From contig OZ251518.1 in assembly GCA_965242965.1 (NCBI GenBank), forward strand, positions 2,592,001 to 2,656,000: 64,000 nt of DNA, in the 5' to 3' direction. The notes under the pieces are model-generated. The model was given only the letters and a program-made list of their open reading frames with translations, was not told the DNA's origin and did no database searches. The DNA comes from Candidatus Poribacteria bacterium (GTDB lineage: Bacteria; Poribacteria; WGA-4E; WGA-3G). Numbering within the stretch: position 1 is the first letter of the stretch; every line of letters starts with the position of its first letter. The position numbers were made by a program, and so were the translations under genes. This document shows positions 1 through 9,021 of the stretch, in pieces.

Positions 1-6
1 AGCGGC

Positions 7-744
7 ATGTATAAGATGAAATACCTCAACTTCCCCGACTACAGCCAATTCTCGCAACTTTTTGAAGAGCTGGATCCGGCGGGACAGCCGCGCATAGAAA
101 TCGTCCACGGGGTCCGCGATGCAGGCAAACGCCTCGGTATCTTTTCGGGCTCGTTTAATCCGCTTACCGTGGCGCACACCGCCGTGGTAGAGGAGGCAGT
201 CAAGCAATTTCAATTGGACGAACTGCTCCTGCTCCTCGCCAAAGCGAACGTGGATAAGGACATATTCGGTTTGCCGCTCGCTGCGCGGCTCGTCACCCTC
301 AAACGATACGCGGAAAGCCGCCCGGACATTTCAGTCGGTGCTTCAAGCCACGGCAGATATATTGACAAAATCACGGCGTTAAGCGCGCTATATCCGCCGG
401 AAACTGAATTCCATTTCATCGTCGGATATGACACCCTCATCCGCATATTCGATGCGAAATACTACACGGACTTCGATGCCGAATTGCAGGAACTCTTCGC
501 TGCGTGTCGCTTCATCGCCGCGAATCGTGCCGAAGCGGACGCGGAGACGATAGATGCGTTCATGTCTCAACCGGCGACGCGCCCGTATGCACCTTTCGTT
601 TCAAGCCTCGCGTTGCCGGTGGCGTATGCCGAGATTTCGTCAACGGAGATTCGTCAGCGGCTTGAACAAGGCGAGCCGATTACGCACCTGGTGCCGCCGG
701 TTGTTGCTGCGCTGTTGGAGGCGGACTCCATTTGTAGTCAATGA
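7..744 (+). CDS. Nicotinate-nucleotide adenylyltransferase (NadD-like cytidylyltransferase family)
   Basis: GIFSGSFNPLTVAH ((H/T)xxH motif), FIVGYD and EISSTEIR motifs; start could be 7 or 16. Confidence 0.8.
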   Translation: MYKMKYLNFPDYSQFSQLFEELDPAGQPRIEIVHGVRDAGKRLGIFSGSFNPLTVAHTAVVEEAVKQFQLDELLLLLAKANVDKDIFGLPLAARLVTLKRYAESRPDISVGASSHGRYIDKITALSALYPPETEFHFIVGYDTLIRIFDAKYYTDFDAELQELFAACRFIAANRAEADAETIDAFMSQPATRPYAPFVSSLALPVAYAEISSTEIRQRLEQGEPITHLVPPVVAALLEADSICSQ

Positions 745-1294
745 CAGGCTTCCCGATTTTTGGGCAGGTATAGATGCGCGCGTCCAAATGTTCGCAACTC
801 AGGCACGACTTGCGGCCGTTCGTCGCCGTTTTCGCCTGAAAGAATTGGCATTTATCGGCGATTTCCTCCATCTGGGTGCGGTGTTCCGCGGCGAGGGGGC
901 TCTCTTCAACCGGTTCCGCCCCCCTGTCAATGGCGCGCGTCGGTTCGCCATTCCGTTCCCAAATGCTGTTAATCACCTCTGCCAGAATCGCCCGATAGGT
1001 TTGCGCGCCGGCCGGTTCCGGCGAATAGAGCGTCACCTCGTTCGCGAGGCAGTATTTGGCGAGGCCCTTCAGTCGGCTCTGTTCGTCCTTTCGGTATTCA
1101 GCGCGGAGCTGCGCCTTGAAAGCGCGCTGAAATTCGTCCCACACGATTTGCTTCGCTTCCCACTTTTGCAGCAACTCCGCCGCGGGCGTGAGTTCCGGCA
1201 GATGCCGCAATCCTGCCACCGCCTCATGGCTGATGGCGAACCGGTTCTGTGTTTTGTCTTGTGCAAGATTTTCAAGCGTGTCCAAATATAACAT
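680..1294 (-). CDS. Hypothetical protein, DUF488-like N-terminal part with C-terminal Cys cluster
   Basis: LPELTPAAELLQKW...WDEFQRAFKAQL resembles DUF488 proteins; C-terminal C..CLSCEH..CP; start taken at MLYLD (ORF track extends to 1378); overlaps the 3' end of the NadD-like gene convergently. Confidence 0.55.
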   Translation of the reverse strand: MLYLDTLENLAQDKTQNRFAISHEAVAGLRHLPELTPAAELLQKWEAKQIVWDEFQRAFKAQLRAEYRKDEQSRLKGLAKYCLANEVTLYSPEPAGAQTYRAILAEVINSIWERNGEPTRAIDRGAEPVEESPLAAEHRTQMEEIADKCQFFQAKTATNGRKSCLSCEHLDARIYTCPKIGKPVIDYKWSPPPTAQQQPAAPGA

Positions 1295-1725
1295 CTGTCT
1301 GTTCTCCTCAATTCGGTGCAGTAACTCCTGATGAGGGTGGCGCGTTTTGAAAGCGCGCCACCCGGAGCCCGCGTCCATCCTTCTTAATTTATGACGTAAA
1401 AAATCGACAAAAAGTTACGTTTTTCGATACATGTCTCTATTTTAACACACTTCCCCCCGCGATTTCCAACTTTTTGTGTCTTATCCTACACAGTTTCCTG
1501 TGATTTTGCCGTTTTAACGTTGGCACGATTTTTGCTATTGTTTTATCAGGAAAACGTTCGCGTGGATAGTTCTCCCCACTGATTTGAAACCCGAACGGAG
1601 ACTCATCGTTTATTTTATTAAGTTTACGGCAGAAGATGCAAATCTTCGGCACACAAAGCGGAAATCGGGGCTCGGCATGCATTATCGCCCCACAGCAAAC
1701 TCAGCAAACTCTTTCAGGAGGCAAC

Positions 1726-1890
1726 ATGATGTTTAGCGGAATCGAATTTGTTATCGGCGGCTTAGGCGCGCTCATGGGTATCGGCGGCGGCTACTTGATG
1801 CTGAACGCCTTTTTCGCCGGCATCCAGCGGATTGCCAAACCCAGAACCGTCGAAGTCAAAAGCGTCAAGGAAAAAAGACTTGACAATTGA
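1726..1890 (+). CDS. Small single-TM membrane protein (54 aa)
   Basis: AGGAGG RBS just upstream of ATG 1726; hydrophobic Gly-rich helix followed by a basic tail. Confidence 0.65.
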   Translation: MMFSGIEFVIGGLGALMGIGGGYLMLNAFFAGIQRIAKPRTVEVKSVKEKRLDN

Positions 1891-1956
1891 CACCGTTTCG
1901 GGGATCATATTAAGGTAGGCACGATTCCACATCGCGCCTACCGGAGAAGCGCAGGA

Positions 1957-2643
1957 ATGCCCTACGCCATCAACCATCACGACTTACACGCCTGGGATGT
2001 CACCCCTGCCGAAGCGCGGAACATCCAAAACGAACTTCGCGACAAGGTGATTCGGGAGGACCGGCATGACACGATTGATACCGTCGCCGGTGTGGACATC
2101 GGGCTGCGGAAGGACATGGCTCTCGCCGCCGTAGTCGTCCTCAGCTACCCCGAATTGCAGGTGACAGAACGCGTGGTAGTGGAGAGTCCTGTCCGTTTTC
2201 CTTACATACCAGGGTTGCTCTCGTTCCGGGAAATCCCGCCGCTGCTAGCGGCGTTTTCCCAATTGCAAACGGAGCCTTCCCTCGTGATGGTTGACGGACA
2301 CGGTATTGCGCACCCAAGACGGTTCGGCATCGCAGCGCACTTAGGGCTGCTTTTGGATAAACCGACGATTGGGTGTGCAAAGTCCCGCCTCTGCGGCCGA
2401 TACGCAGAGCCCAACACGGAACGCGGGGCTTATGAATATTTGTATGACGCGGACGAGGTAATCGGAGCCGTCGTCCGAACCCGGTCCAACGTGCGGCCTG
2501 TCTATGTGTCAATAGGACACCGCATCGCTTTGGATTCGGCAGTTACACTCTGTTTGACTTGTGGCAGTGGATACCGCCTGCCGGAGCCGACTCGGCAGGC
2601 CCACAACGCCGCAAGCGCATTTAAAAAGACAACGCGGCCTTGA
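1957..2643 (+). CDS. nfi: Endonuclease V (deoxyinosine 3'-endonuclease)
   Basis: VAGVD, FPYIPGLLSFREIP, DGHGIAHPRRFG, GCAKS, YRLPEPTRQAH motifs. Confidence 0.95.
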   Translation: MPYAINHHDLHAWDVTPAEARNIQNELRDKVIREDRHDTIDTVAGVDIGLRKDMALAAVVVLSYPELQVTERVVVESPVRFPYIPGLLSFREIPPLLAAFSQLQTEPSLVMVDGHGIAHPRRFGIAAHLGLLLDKPTIGCAKSRLCGRYAEPNTERGAYEYLYDADEVIGAVVRTRSNVRPVYVSIGHRIALDSAVTLCLTCGSGYRLPEPTRQAHNAASAFKKTTRP

Positions 2644-2673
2644 AATGCGAATACGTTCGGCCGCCAGAAAGCA

Positions 2674-3849
2674 ATGGACATATTCTCAAAACGCTTGAAC
2701 CGGTTGCCGCCGTATATGTTCGGCAAACTCAAGCAGTTAACGCACGAACGCCGACAGCTGGGTATTGACATTATTGACTTGGGGATGGGCAATCCAAACC
2801 AACCCACGCCTCAGCCTATTATTGATAAACTCACCGAAGCCGCGCAGGAGCTCCGGCACCACCGCTACTCTGCCTCGCGCGGCATCTTCAATCTCCGACG
2901 CGAAGTCAGTTGGCATTATGAACGCCGGTTCGGTGTCAGCATCGACGCGGAGGAAGAAGCCATCGCCGTCATCGGAACGAAAGAGGGCCTTGGGCATCTC
3001 GCGCTCGCGCTCATCGACGAAGGCGATCTGGCGATGGTGCCGAACCCCACGTTCCCCATTCATACCTACAGCGTCGTCCTCGCCGGCGGAAGCGTCGTCA
3101 GCATCCCCTTAACCGAAGAAAATCATTTCGTCCCAACCCTCGCAGAGATTAGGCGCGATATCTGGCCACGCCCGAAAGTGCTTATCTTGAGCTTCCCGCA
3201 CAACCCCACCGGTGCAGTCACAGACTTGGCGTTTTTTGAAGAAGTGGTAGACTTCGCCAAGCGGCAGGACATGATAGTCATCCACGACTTAGCGTATGCC
3301 GACATCGTTTTTGACGGCTACGAGGCTCCGAGTTTCCTGCAGGCGAAAGGCGCGAAGGATGTCGGCGTAGAATTCTTCTCGCTTTCCAAATCCTATAACA
3401 TGGCGGGATGGCGGTGTGGGTTCGCCGTCGGCAATCGCGAGATTATCGAGGCACTCGCGCGCATCAAAGGCTACTACGATTACGGTATCTTCGCGCCTAT
3501 CCAAGTCGCCTCAATTATGGCACTGCGCACGCCAGCGGATGTCGTTCAGGAAAACGCCGAAGTCTACCGGAAACGTCGCGATGTGCTAGTTGAAGGATTA
3601 AACCGCATCGGTTGGCAGGTAAAAACGCCGCGGGCATCGATGTTCGTCTGGGCCCCGATTCCGGAACCGTGGCGGCATCTGAGTTCGATGGAGTTCTCAA
3701 TGAAGTTGCTCAACGAGGCGGAGGTGTGCGTCTCTCCTGGGGCCGGTTTTGGGCACAACGGGGAGGGATATGTCCGCATCGCTCTCGTAGAAAATGAAGA
3801 CCGGATTCGGCAAGCGGTCCGGCAAATGCGGCGGGCACTGTTTGGTTAA
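2674..3849 (+). CDS. PLP-dependent class I/II aminotransferase (AlaC / LL-DAP aminotransferase-like)
   Basis: IDLGMGNP, FPHNPTG, HDLAY and SLSKSYNMAGWRCG (PLP lysine) motifs. Confidence 0.9.
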   Translation: MDIFSKRLNRLPPYMFGKLKQLTHERRQLGIDIIDLGMGNPNQPTPQPIIDKLTEAAQELRHHRYSASRGIFNLRREVSWHYERRFGVSIDAEEEAIAVIGTKEGLGHLALALIDEGDLAMVPNPTFPIHTYSVVLAGGSVVSIPLTEENHFVPTLAEIRRDIWPRPKVLILSFPHNPTGAVTDLAFFEEVVDFAKRQDMIVIHDLAYADIVFDGYEAPSFLQAKGAKDVGVEFFSLSKSYNMAGWRCGFAVGNREIIEALARIKGYYDYGIFAPIQVASIMALRTPADVVQENAEVYRKRRDVLVEGLNRIGWQVKTPRASMFVWAPIPEPWRHLSSMEFSMKLLNEAEVCVSPGAGFGHNGEGYVRIALVENEDRIRQAVRQMRRALFG

Positions 3850-3884
3850 TTTCTAAACGTGCACGAAGAAAGTTTGATATCAAT

Positions 3885-4175
3885 GAGGGGGGGTTCATAA
3901 ATTTATCCCCCTTGGGGGAGGGCGAATACCGATAGAAAAGCAAGGGGGCGCGTCGGCCCCACCGCTGTAGTTCGGGAGCACCCGCTCCCGAACGGGTCAG
4001 GATCAGGCGATCCTGAACTACAGGGGTGATGAGATCTGACAGCAAAACACAAGGCGAGGGACAGGCCCTCGCCCTACGTGAAGAGGCGGCGTTTTTTCAC
4101 CGCAGCGCGGGGGCCTGTCCCCCGCGACGTTGAACGAGTTATGAAACACCCCCATTTAACGGAGGGTGTTTCATA
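3885..4175. repeat. Composite MITE-like repeat: GAGGGnGnTTCATA end, REP doublet, REPs, inverted end, abutted by a second end
   Basis: Ends at 3885, 4140-4153 (inverted) and 4162-4175; internal modules near-identical to 24408-24610 and 59563-59677. Confidence 0.8.
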
Positions 4176-4235
4176 CAACTTAATAATCGCTCACTACAAT
4201 CATTTGGTGTGGGCATTCTCTAAGGAAATTATACA

Positions 4236-4634
4236 ATGACAACAGCAAAAGTTAACCTCACGGATGCTCAGATGGATGTCATCCGCCAAACGCACGAACG
4301 CGATGCCATCAGATTTGTTATCCATGACATCTTAGTCCGAGATGGAACGGCAATCCAATGCGATATCGTCGCCGAAGTCAACAGGCGTCTTGCCCCGATC
4401 CACAACGAGTTGAAAACTACCACTAAGCATTATCCAGACTATGCTGTCGCAGCGATTCTGCAGCAGTTCAACCAGTATAAAGGTTGGACAATCCGCGGCG
4501 GTGGCGTTAACAGATTCGTCGAGGGTGGTGCAGAACTAGCCGCTAATTGGATTGATAATCATGTTGGTGTCGATCACAGACATCAATTCTTGAGGGTCCT
4601 TGACATCCTTGAGACTCCAATAATGCGAAGTTGA
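4236..4634 (+). CDS. Hypothetical protein (132 aa) between repeat elements
   Basis: AAGGA RBS upstream; non-repetitive, protein-like composition; no family recognised. Confidence 0.6.
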   Translation: MTTAKVNLTDAQMDVIRQTHERDAIRFVIHDILVRDGTAIQCDIVAEVNRRLAPIHNELKTTTKHYPDYAVAAILQQFNQYKGWTIRGGGVNRFVEGGAELAANWIDNHVGVDHRHQFLRVLDILETPIMRS

Positions 4635-4744
4635 GATGCGCTCTCCCGGTGGCAAGGAATGGAAACTGAGCGCAACCTCCCTTGGGCTCGTCCGCTATTT
4701 TTGCTGAAACGGGCGGATATAGACATCCGCCCTGACAATTTATC

Positions 4745-5208
4745 GAGGGTGTTTCATAAATCGCTCAACGTCGCAGTGACAGCCTCCCGCGATACGGTGA
4801 AAAAACGGAGAATTGCCGGTAGGCAGCCCATACAGGTCTTGATGCGTTCGGTAGGAGAGACCTCCTGGTCTCGATGTGCCCGTAGCGCGGGGGCCTGTCC
4901 CCCGCGTTGTGCATCGTCAAGCAGTGGCGTTTTAAGTCCTTTAGGACCCTACATGTCTATAGTAACACGTGTCGTGCCGTTTTTTTTCGTTCACCCCTCT
5001 CTGTAGTTTGTGATCGCCTGATCACAAACGGGTCAAGATCGGGCGATCTTGACCTACAGGGTGATGCGCTCTGACAGCAAAACGCTGCGAGGGAAACCCG
5101 CTCGGATGCGCGTGTGGCATCCGAGGGCCCTCGCACTACGGTCCGGAAAACCATCAAGACCAGGAGGGCTCTCCTACCGGGAAGCCATTGAGATATGCCC
5201 CCCCCTTC
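4745..5208. repeat. Composite MITE-like repeat containing several GTAG-REPs
   Basis: Starts GAGGGTGTTTCATAAAT; 3' part (5152-5208) matches the right end at 21537-21591. Confidence 0.75.
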
Positions 5209-5214
5209 AATTTA

Positions 5215-6573
5215 TCACACAGGCCAACGCCCCTGGAATTGCGTCACCATCGCCTCTGGCGCGCCGTGTTGGGCTAAAAAGTCTAAGAACGCTTGATAGA
5301 GCCGCCGCGCCTCCGATGTATCCGAATCGAACCGATTGTGCAACTGCCCCGGGTCGGAAGGAAGATGGAACAACTGCTTCGGCGCGCCGCTGTTCTCTAA
5401 CAAGAGGGACCAGGTGCCATCTGTCACGTTTCCGTGTGGGCTGCCTCCATCGGGACTCCAGCCGCCTACCCACGCGCCGTGCGTAATTGCATACTCACGT
5501 CCCGCGTCCGTATCCCCGACGATGACAGGCAGCAGGCTATTTCCTTCAACCTGCGCGCCGCGTTCCGCACCGAAAATATCCAGCACCGTCGCCGGAATGT
5601 CAATGATACTCGCCAGTGCATCGGTGTGCCGAGGTGCCGCCGCCGGATGGTAAATCAGCAGCGGAATGTGGACAACCTCTTCATACATGCTCAGGTTCTT
5701 GGCGAGAAGCCCATGCTCACCTAAGAGGAAACCGTGGTCTGCCATGAAAATAATCATGGTGTTTTCCATCAGCCCCATGTAGTCAATTTTGCGGAGCAGC
5801 TGCCCGATCCAATTATCCACCAGCGATGCTTCGGCGCGATAGAGCGCATTGAGACGTTGCGTTGAACGCTCATCCATCGGGTTCACACCGTAAGGCGGAT
5901 AGATAGGCTCCGGTCCTTCGTAATCGCTGGCATCAAACCTGTGGAGATACCATTCGGGCGCGTCCCACGGTTCGTGCGGATCGAAGGTATCCACCATCAA
6001 GTAGAAGTTCTCGTGGTGGTAGTTCCGTTCCAGCCAATCGCACGCCGTTTGCACAGTCTGCGCGACGAACGTATCTCCCTCGTTCTGCCGAAACGCGATG
6101 TTTCGGAGGTGATTACCGAGCCCGGAGGGCAACCGGTTCGGATGCGTCCGCGTATATTCGCGATACCGTAGCGACTGCTGCGACTCATAGTCGTAGTCCT
6201 GCGTCTCTAAACAGTCGCCTTCCTGCCCGCGAATCCATTTCCATCCCGTGAACCCGCGATTGTAAAAGAAGCCGTTGTTGAGATGGTGCGGCGTATCGGC
6301 AATCATCATGCTGACAACACCGGCTTTGGTGAGTGCGTTCGCAATCACCGGGACATCGCGCTTGAGCGGCTCCCAGCCGCGCCGACAAATGCCGACCTGG
6401 CCTGTCACCAACTCCCCGCGAATCGGCACGGTTGGGTAACTGCAGACATAAGCTTTGTCAAAAACGACGCATTTCTCGGCAAAGGCGTTCAGGGAAGGCG
6501 TGTATCCCTTATCGCCGTAAATAGCGAGGTTATCTCGCCGAAAGGTGTCTGAAATGATGTGGATAACGTTCAT
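5215..6573 (-). CDS. Sulfatase-family (alkaline phosphatase superfamily) hydrolase, Thr at the FGly position
   Basis: IISDTFRRD, SYPTVPIRGELVTG, FDPHEPW, ADHG, YEEVVHIPL motifs; GGAGG RBS. Confidence 0.88.
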   Translation of the reverse strand: MNVIHIISDTFRRDNLAIYGDKGYTPSLNAFAEKCVVFDKAYVCSYPTVPIRGELVTGQVGICRRGWEPLKRDVPVIANALTKAGVVSMMIADTPHHLNNGFFYNRGFTGWKWIRGQEGDCLETQDYDYESQQSLRYREYTRTHPNRLPSGLGNHLRNIAFRQNEGDTFVAQTVQTACDWLERNYHHENFYLMVDTFDPHEPWDAPEWYLHRFDASDYEGPEPIYPPYGVNPMDERSTQRLNALYRAEASLVDNWIGQLLRKIDYMGLMENTMIIFMADHGFLLGEHGLLAKNLSMYEEVVHIPLLIYHPAAAPRHTDALASIIDIPATVLDIFGAERGAQVEGNSLLPVIVGDTDAGREYAITHGAWVGGWSPDGGSPHGNVTDGTWSLLLENSGAPKQLFHLPSDPGQLHNRFDSDTSEARRLYQAFLDFLAQHGAPEAMVTQFQGRWPV

Positions 6574-6585
6574 GAATTCCTCCTT

Positions 6586-6900
6586 AAATACCGTAGGTTG
6601 CGGGCCTGTCCCGCAACATGCTCATCGCATGCAAATACCGTAGGTTGCGGGCCTGTCCCGCAACAGGCACAGCGCGTTCTAGAAATCGTAGGTTGCGGGT
6701 CTGTCCCGCAACATGCACAGCGCGTTCTAGAAATCGTAGGTTGCGGGCCTGTCCCGCAACATGCACAGCGCGTGGAAATACCGTAGGTTGCGGGCCTGTC
6801 CCACAACATGTCTATTGTTCCAAAAAAACACAAGAAGACAACATCGAGACCAGGAGGTCTCGCCTACCGCATCGAGACCAGGAGGTCTCTCCTACTGGGG
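6586..6900. repeat. Tandem array of 5 GTAG-GTTGCGGG-CCTGT-CCCGCAAC REPs plus two GAGACCAGGAGGTCTC-CCTAC REPs
   Basis: GTAG at 6593, 6640, 6688, 6736, 6783 (47-48 nt period); second family twice at ~6842-6896. Confidence 0.9.
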
Positions 6901-6928
6901 AAAACCCGCCTCCCGCCATGACTACAAT

Positions 6929-8509
6929 TTACACCAAATTCGCGCTATTGTCCAGAGAAATTTCCTGCTGCCGCGCGTGCATCTGCACGACAGCCGGCAA
7001 TAACCCATAAATCCCCCAAAACGGAATGCCGATGGCATCGCCGTTTAAGAGGTTGTTGACGATGAAATGCACCATCAGCGAGAGTTCGGATGCCATGAGT
7101 CCGATGACGATGGCGCGGTAAAAACTGTCTGACGTGCTGTTCATCCGTTGGAGCGCGCGAAAGCCGTAACGGAGGAATGCGAGGTTGAGCCATAGCCATG
7201 CGATGAAACCGATAATGCCTAATTCCGCCAGCACCTGCAGATATTCGCTGTGCGCGCCGAGTTGGAACTGCGCCGTGTATGTCCCGACGAGCGCGACATC
7301 TTCTTCGTAAAGCATGGCGAAGGCACCGTAACCTTTTCCTAATATAGGATTTTCAAGGAACATTGTCATCGCCTGTGCCCATCGGAGGAGCCGCGCCCGG
7401 TTGGAGGCATAACTGATGTCCACGGTAGTCGAAATTCGTTCAATGACAATGCCGTAAACGCCGGGCAAGTTAAGGCACACGAATAAAATCAGGCAGGCGG
7501 CCCCGATAAAGAGAATCTTTTTATGCGTCACGCCACTTGTCTGCGCTGCTGTCTTGCCGCGATTGCCGACTTGCAACAACATAAACCCGACTGCGATGAC
7601 AACCGAAAGCCAAACGCCGCGCGAAAAGCACATCATGAGCCCAAGCCCGAAGCAGGCAAACCATCCTATCCACAGCACCTTGTCGTAAGAATTAGTATCA
7701 AAGAGCAGTCGGCTCAGGCAGATGAGAAAAAAAATAGCGGTGAAAGAGCCGTAAACGGAGTAGTTGGTAAACGGCGCATGCCGATACGCGCTCGTCCACT
7801 GCCATTCGTCAATGTGGTAGATGAGCACGAAGAGCGTCCAGATGACAGCGATGGCAGCGGTAGGGAAGGTGGCGACAAAAAGCCTCTTCAACTGTCTCAC
7901 GCCGACGAACAGGCTGCTTTCACCGTAGGTTGTGGGCCTGTCCTTCGACACGTCGATGGGGTGATCGAGAGATCGCGGGGGACAGGCCCCCGCGCTACGT
8001 GTGGGCTTGTCCCGCGACACGCCGATGGCCCGAGGCCTGAACACTTCATACGCCACCAGACTGAACATTGTATAGGCAGTGGCGCGCGTCGCGCCTTTGA
8101 GAGTGCCGAAGAGATTAGGCGTATTGACTGCAGATAAAAACGTGATAACGATATAGCAGCAGAGCGGTGCAAGGAATGGAAACGTCTCTTTTACACGGGT
8201 GTGCGCGTGAGAAGCGCGCCTTTTTTGCGAGAACGCGACACTTTTTCTTACCCAATAAACCGCGACGAGCATGCCTAACAGCGGTTCCGTCGGTGTCTGA
8301 ATTTCAAAGCTGCCTGGCAGGATGTAACGAAATGAGAAGGGGAGCGCGATTAACAGCACATAGATAGCGAGCTCCATATCAATGAAGACAAAGGCTCCTG
8401 TCACGGCGAGCATGCAGAGGAGGGGGAGGGGTGTGCCAGCGTAGCGTCCTATAATTACGCCGAGCCCGATACAGAGAAGGAGGGGGAGAATATGCTTGCC
8501 ATGTTTCAC
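6929..8509 (-). CDS. O-antigen ligase / Wzy_C family membrane protein with in-frame REP insertion
   Basis: Many TM helices; FSRGVW, SNRARLLRW, PILGKGYGAF, AHSEYLQVLAELGIIG motifs; probable GTG start at 8509. Confidence 0.85.
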   Translation of the reverse strand: MKHGKHILPLLLCIGLGVIIGRYAGTPLPLLCMLAVTGAFVFIDMELAIYVLLIALPFSFRYILPGSFEIQTPTEPLLGMLVAVYWVRKSVAFSQKRRASHAHTRVKETFPFLAPLCCYIVITFLSAVNTPNLFGTLKGATRATAYTMFSLVAYEVFRPRAIGVSRDKPTRSAGACPPRSLDHPIDVSKDRPTTYGESSLFVGVRQLKRLFVATFPTAAIAVIWTLFVLIYHIDEWQWTSAYRHAPFTNYSVYGSFTAIFFLICLSRLLFDTNSYDKVLWIGWFACFGLGLMMCFSRGVWLSVVIAVGFMLLQVGNRGKTAAQTSGVTHKKILFIGAACLILFVCLNLPGVYGIVIERISTTVDISYASNRARLLRWAQAMTMFLENPILGKGYGAFAMLYEEDVALVGTYTAQFQLGAHSEYLQVLAELGIIGFIAWLWLNLAFLRYGFRALQRMNSTSDSFYRAIVIGLMASELSLMVHFIVNNLLNGDAIGIPFWGIYGLLPAVVQMHARQQEISLDNSANLV

Positions 8510-8511
8510 GG

Positions 8512-9021
8512 TTAAATTGTCCCAGACAACCCATCTGCTAAATTCCGCGTTCTGCCGCATCGCGCCGTTTTAATGTGAAAGTTGCCGCCACGGAAGCGGA
8601 CGGTGTTTCGGCTCCGTTCGTTTTTCCGTTTCCGCTTCTGTTTCAGGTGATGAACACGGCCTCCGTGGAAGAGCAGCGGGCGGCAGATAATTTGAAATTC
8701 CCGCCGTGCAGGGACGAAGCGCGATGCGAAGTCCGCGCCGCCCTGCAACTGGCCTAACGCTGCGGAGATGTTGATACTGCCGCGCTTGAGTTCTATAGGA
8801 ACGACAACAAGATTTTGCGTCGTATCAACATAAAAGAGAATATAATCACATTTCTGTCCCTCGATTCCGTGCGAGGGGAACGCCAAATCTGCATCTACCA
8901 CAACTCGCGGAGAAGGAGCGTCTGTCAAATCCACACGGCATCCAGCTCGGCTCCGTAGGCGGCTCAGGTTTTCTGAACCTATCGCCTTCTCAATGTGTTC
9001 AAGAACTTCACTGATTTCCAT
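8512..9021 (-). CDS. Hypothetical protein, putative PD-(D/E)xK-type nuclease partner of the ATPase
   Basis: KCDYILF...VPIELKRG (D...ExK pattern); ATG overlaps the ATPase stop codon (TGATG). Confidence 0.65.
   Translation of the reverse strand: MEISEVLEHIEKAIGSENLSRLRSRAGCRVDLTDAPSPRVVVDADLAFPSHGIEGQKCDYILFYVDTTQNLVVVPIELKRGSINISAALGQLQGGADFASRFVPARREFQIICRPLLFHGGRVHHLKQKRKRKNERSRNTVRFRGGNFHIKTARCGRTRNLADGLSGTI

Noticed and set aside
554-1291. 245-aa plus-strand ORF
   Set aside because: Arg-rich shadow overlapping the NadD-like gene and the better minus-strand ORF
4659-5486. ORFs containing RSAGACPPR / VARGPVPR / RDRPSPY peptides (also near 6559-7010, 11306-11839, 14397-15279, 21004-21352, 32895-33220, 56546-57118, 63516-63991)
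   Set aside because: Translations of intergenic palindromic repeats; no RBS or independent protein signal
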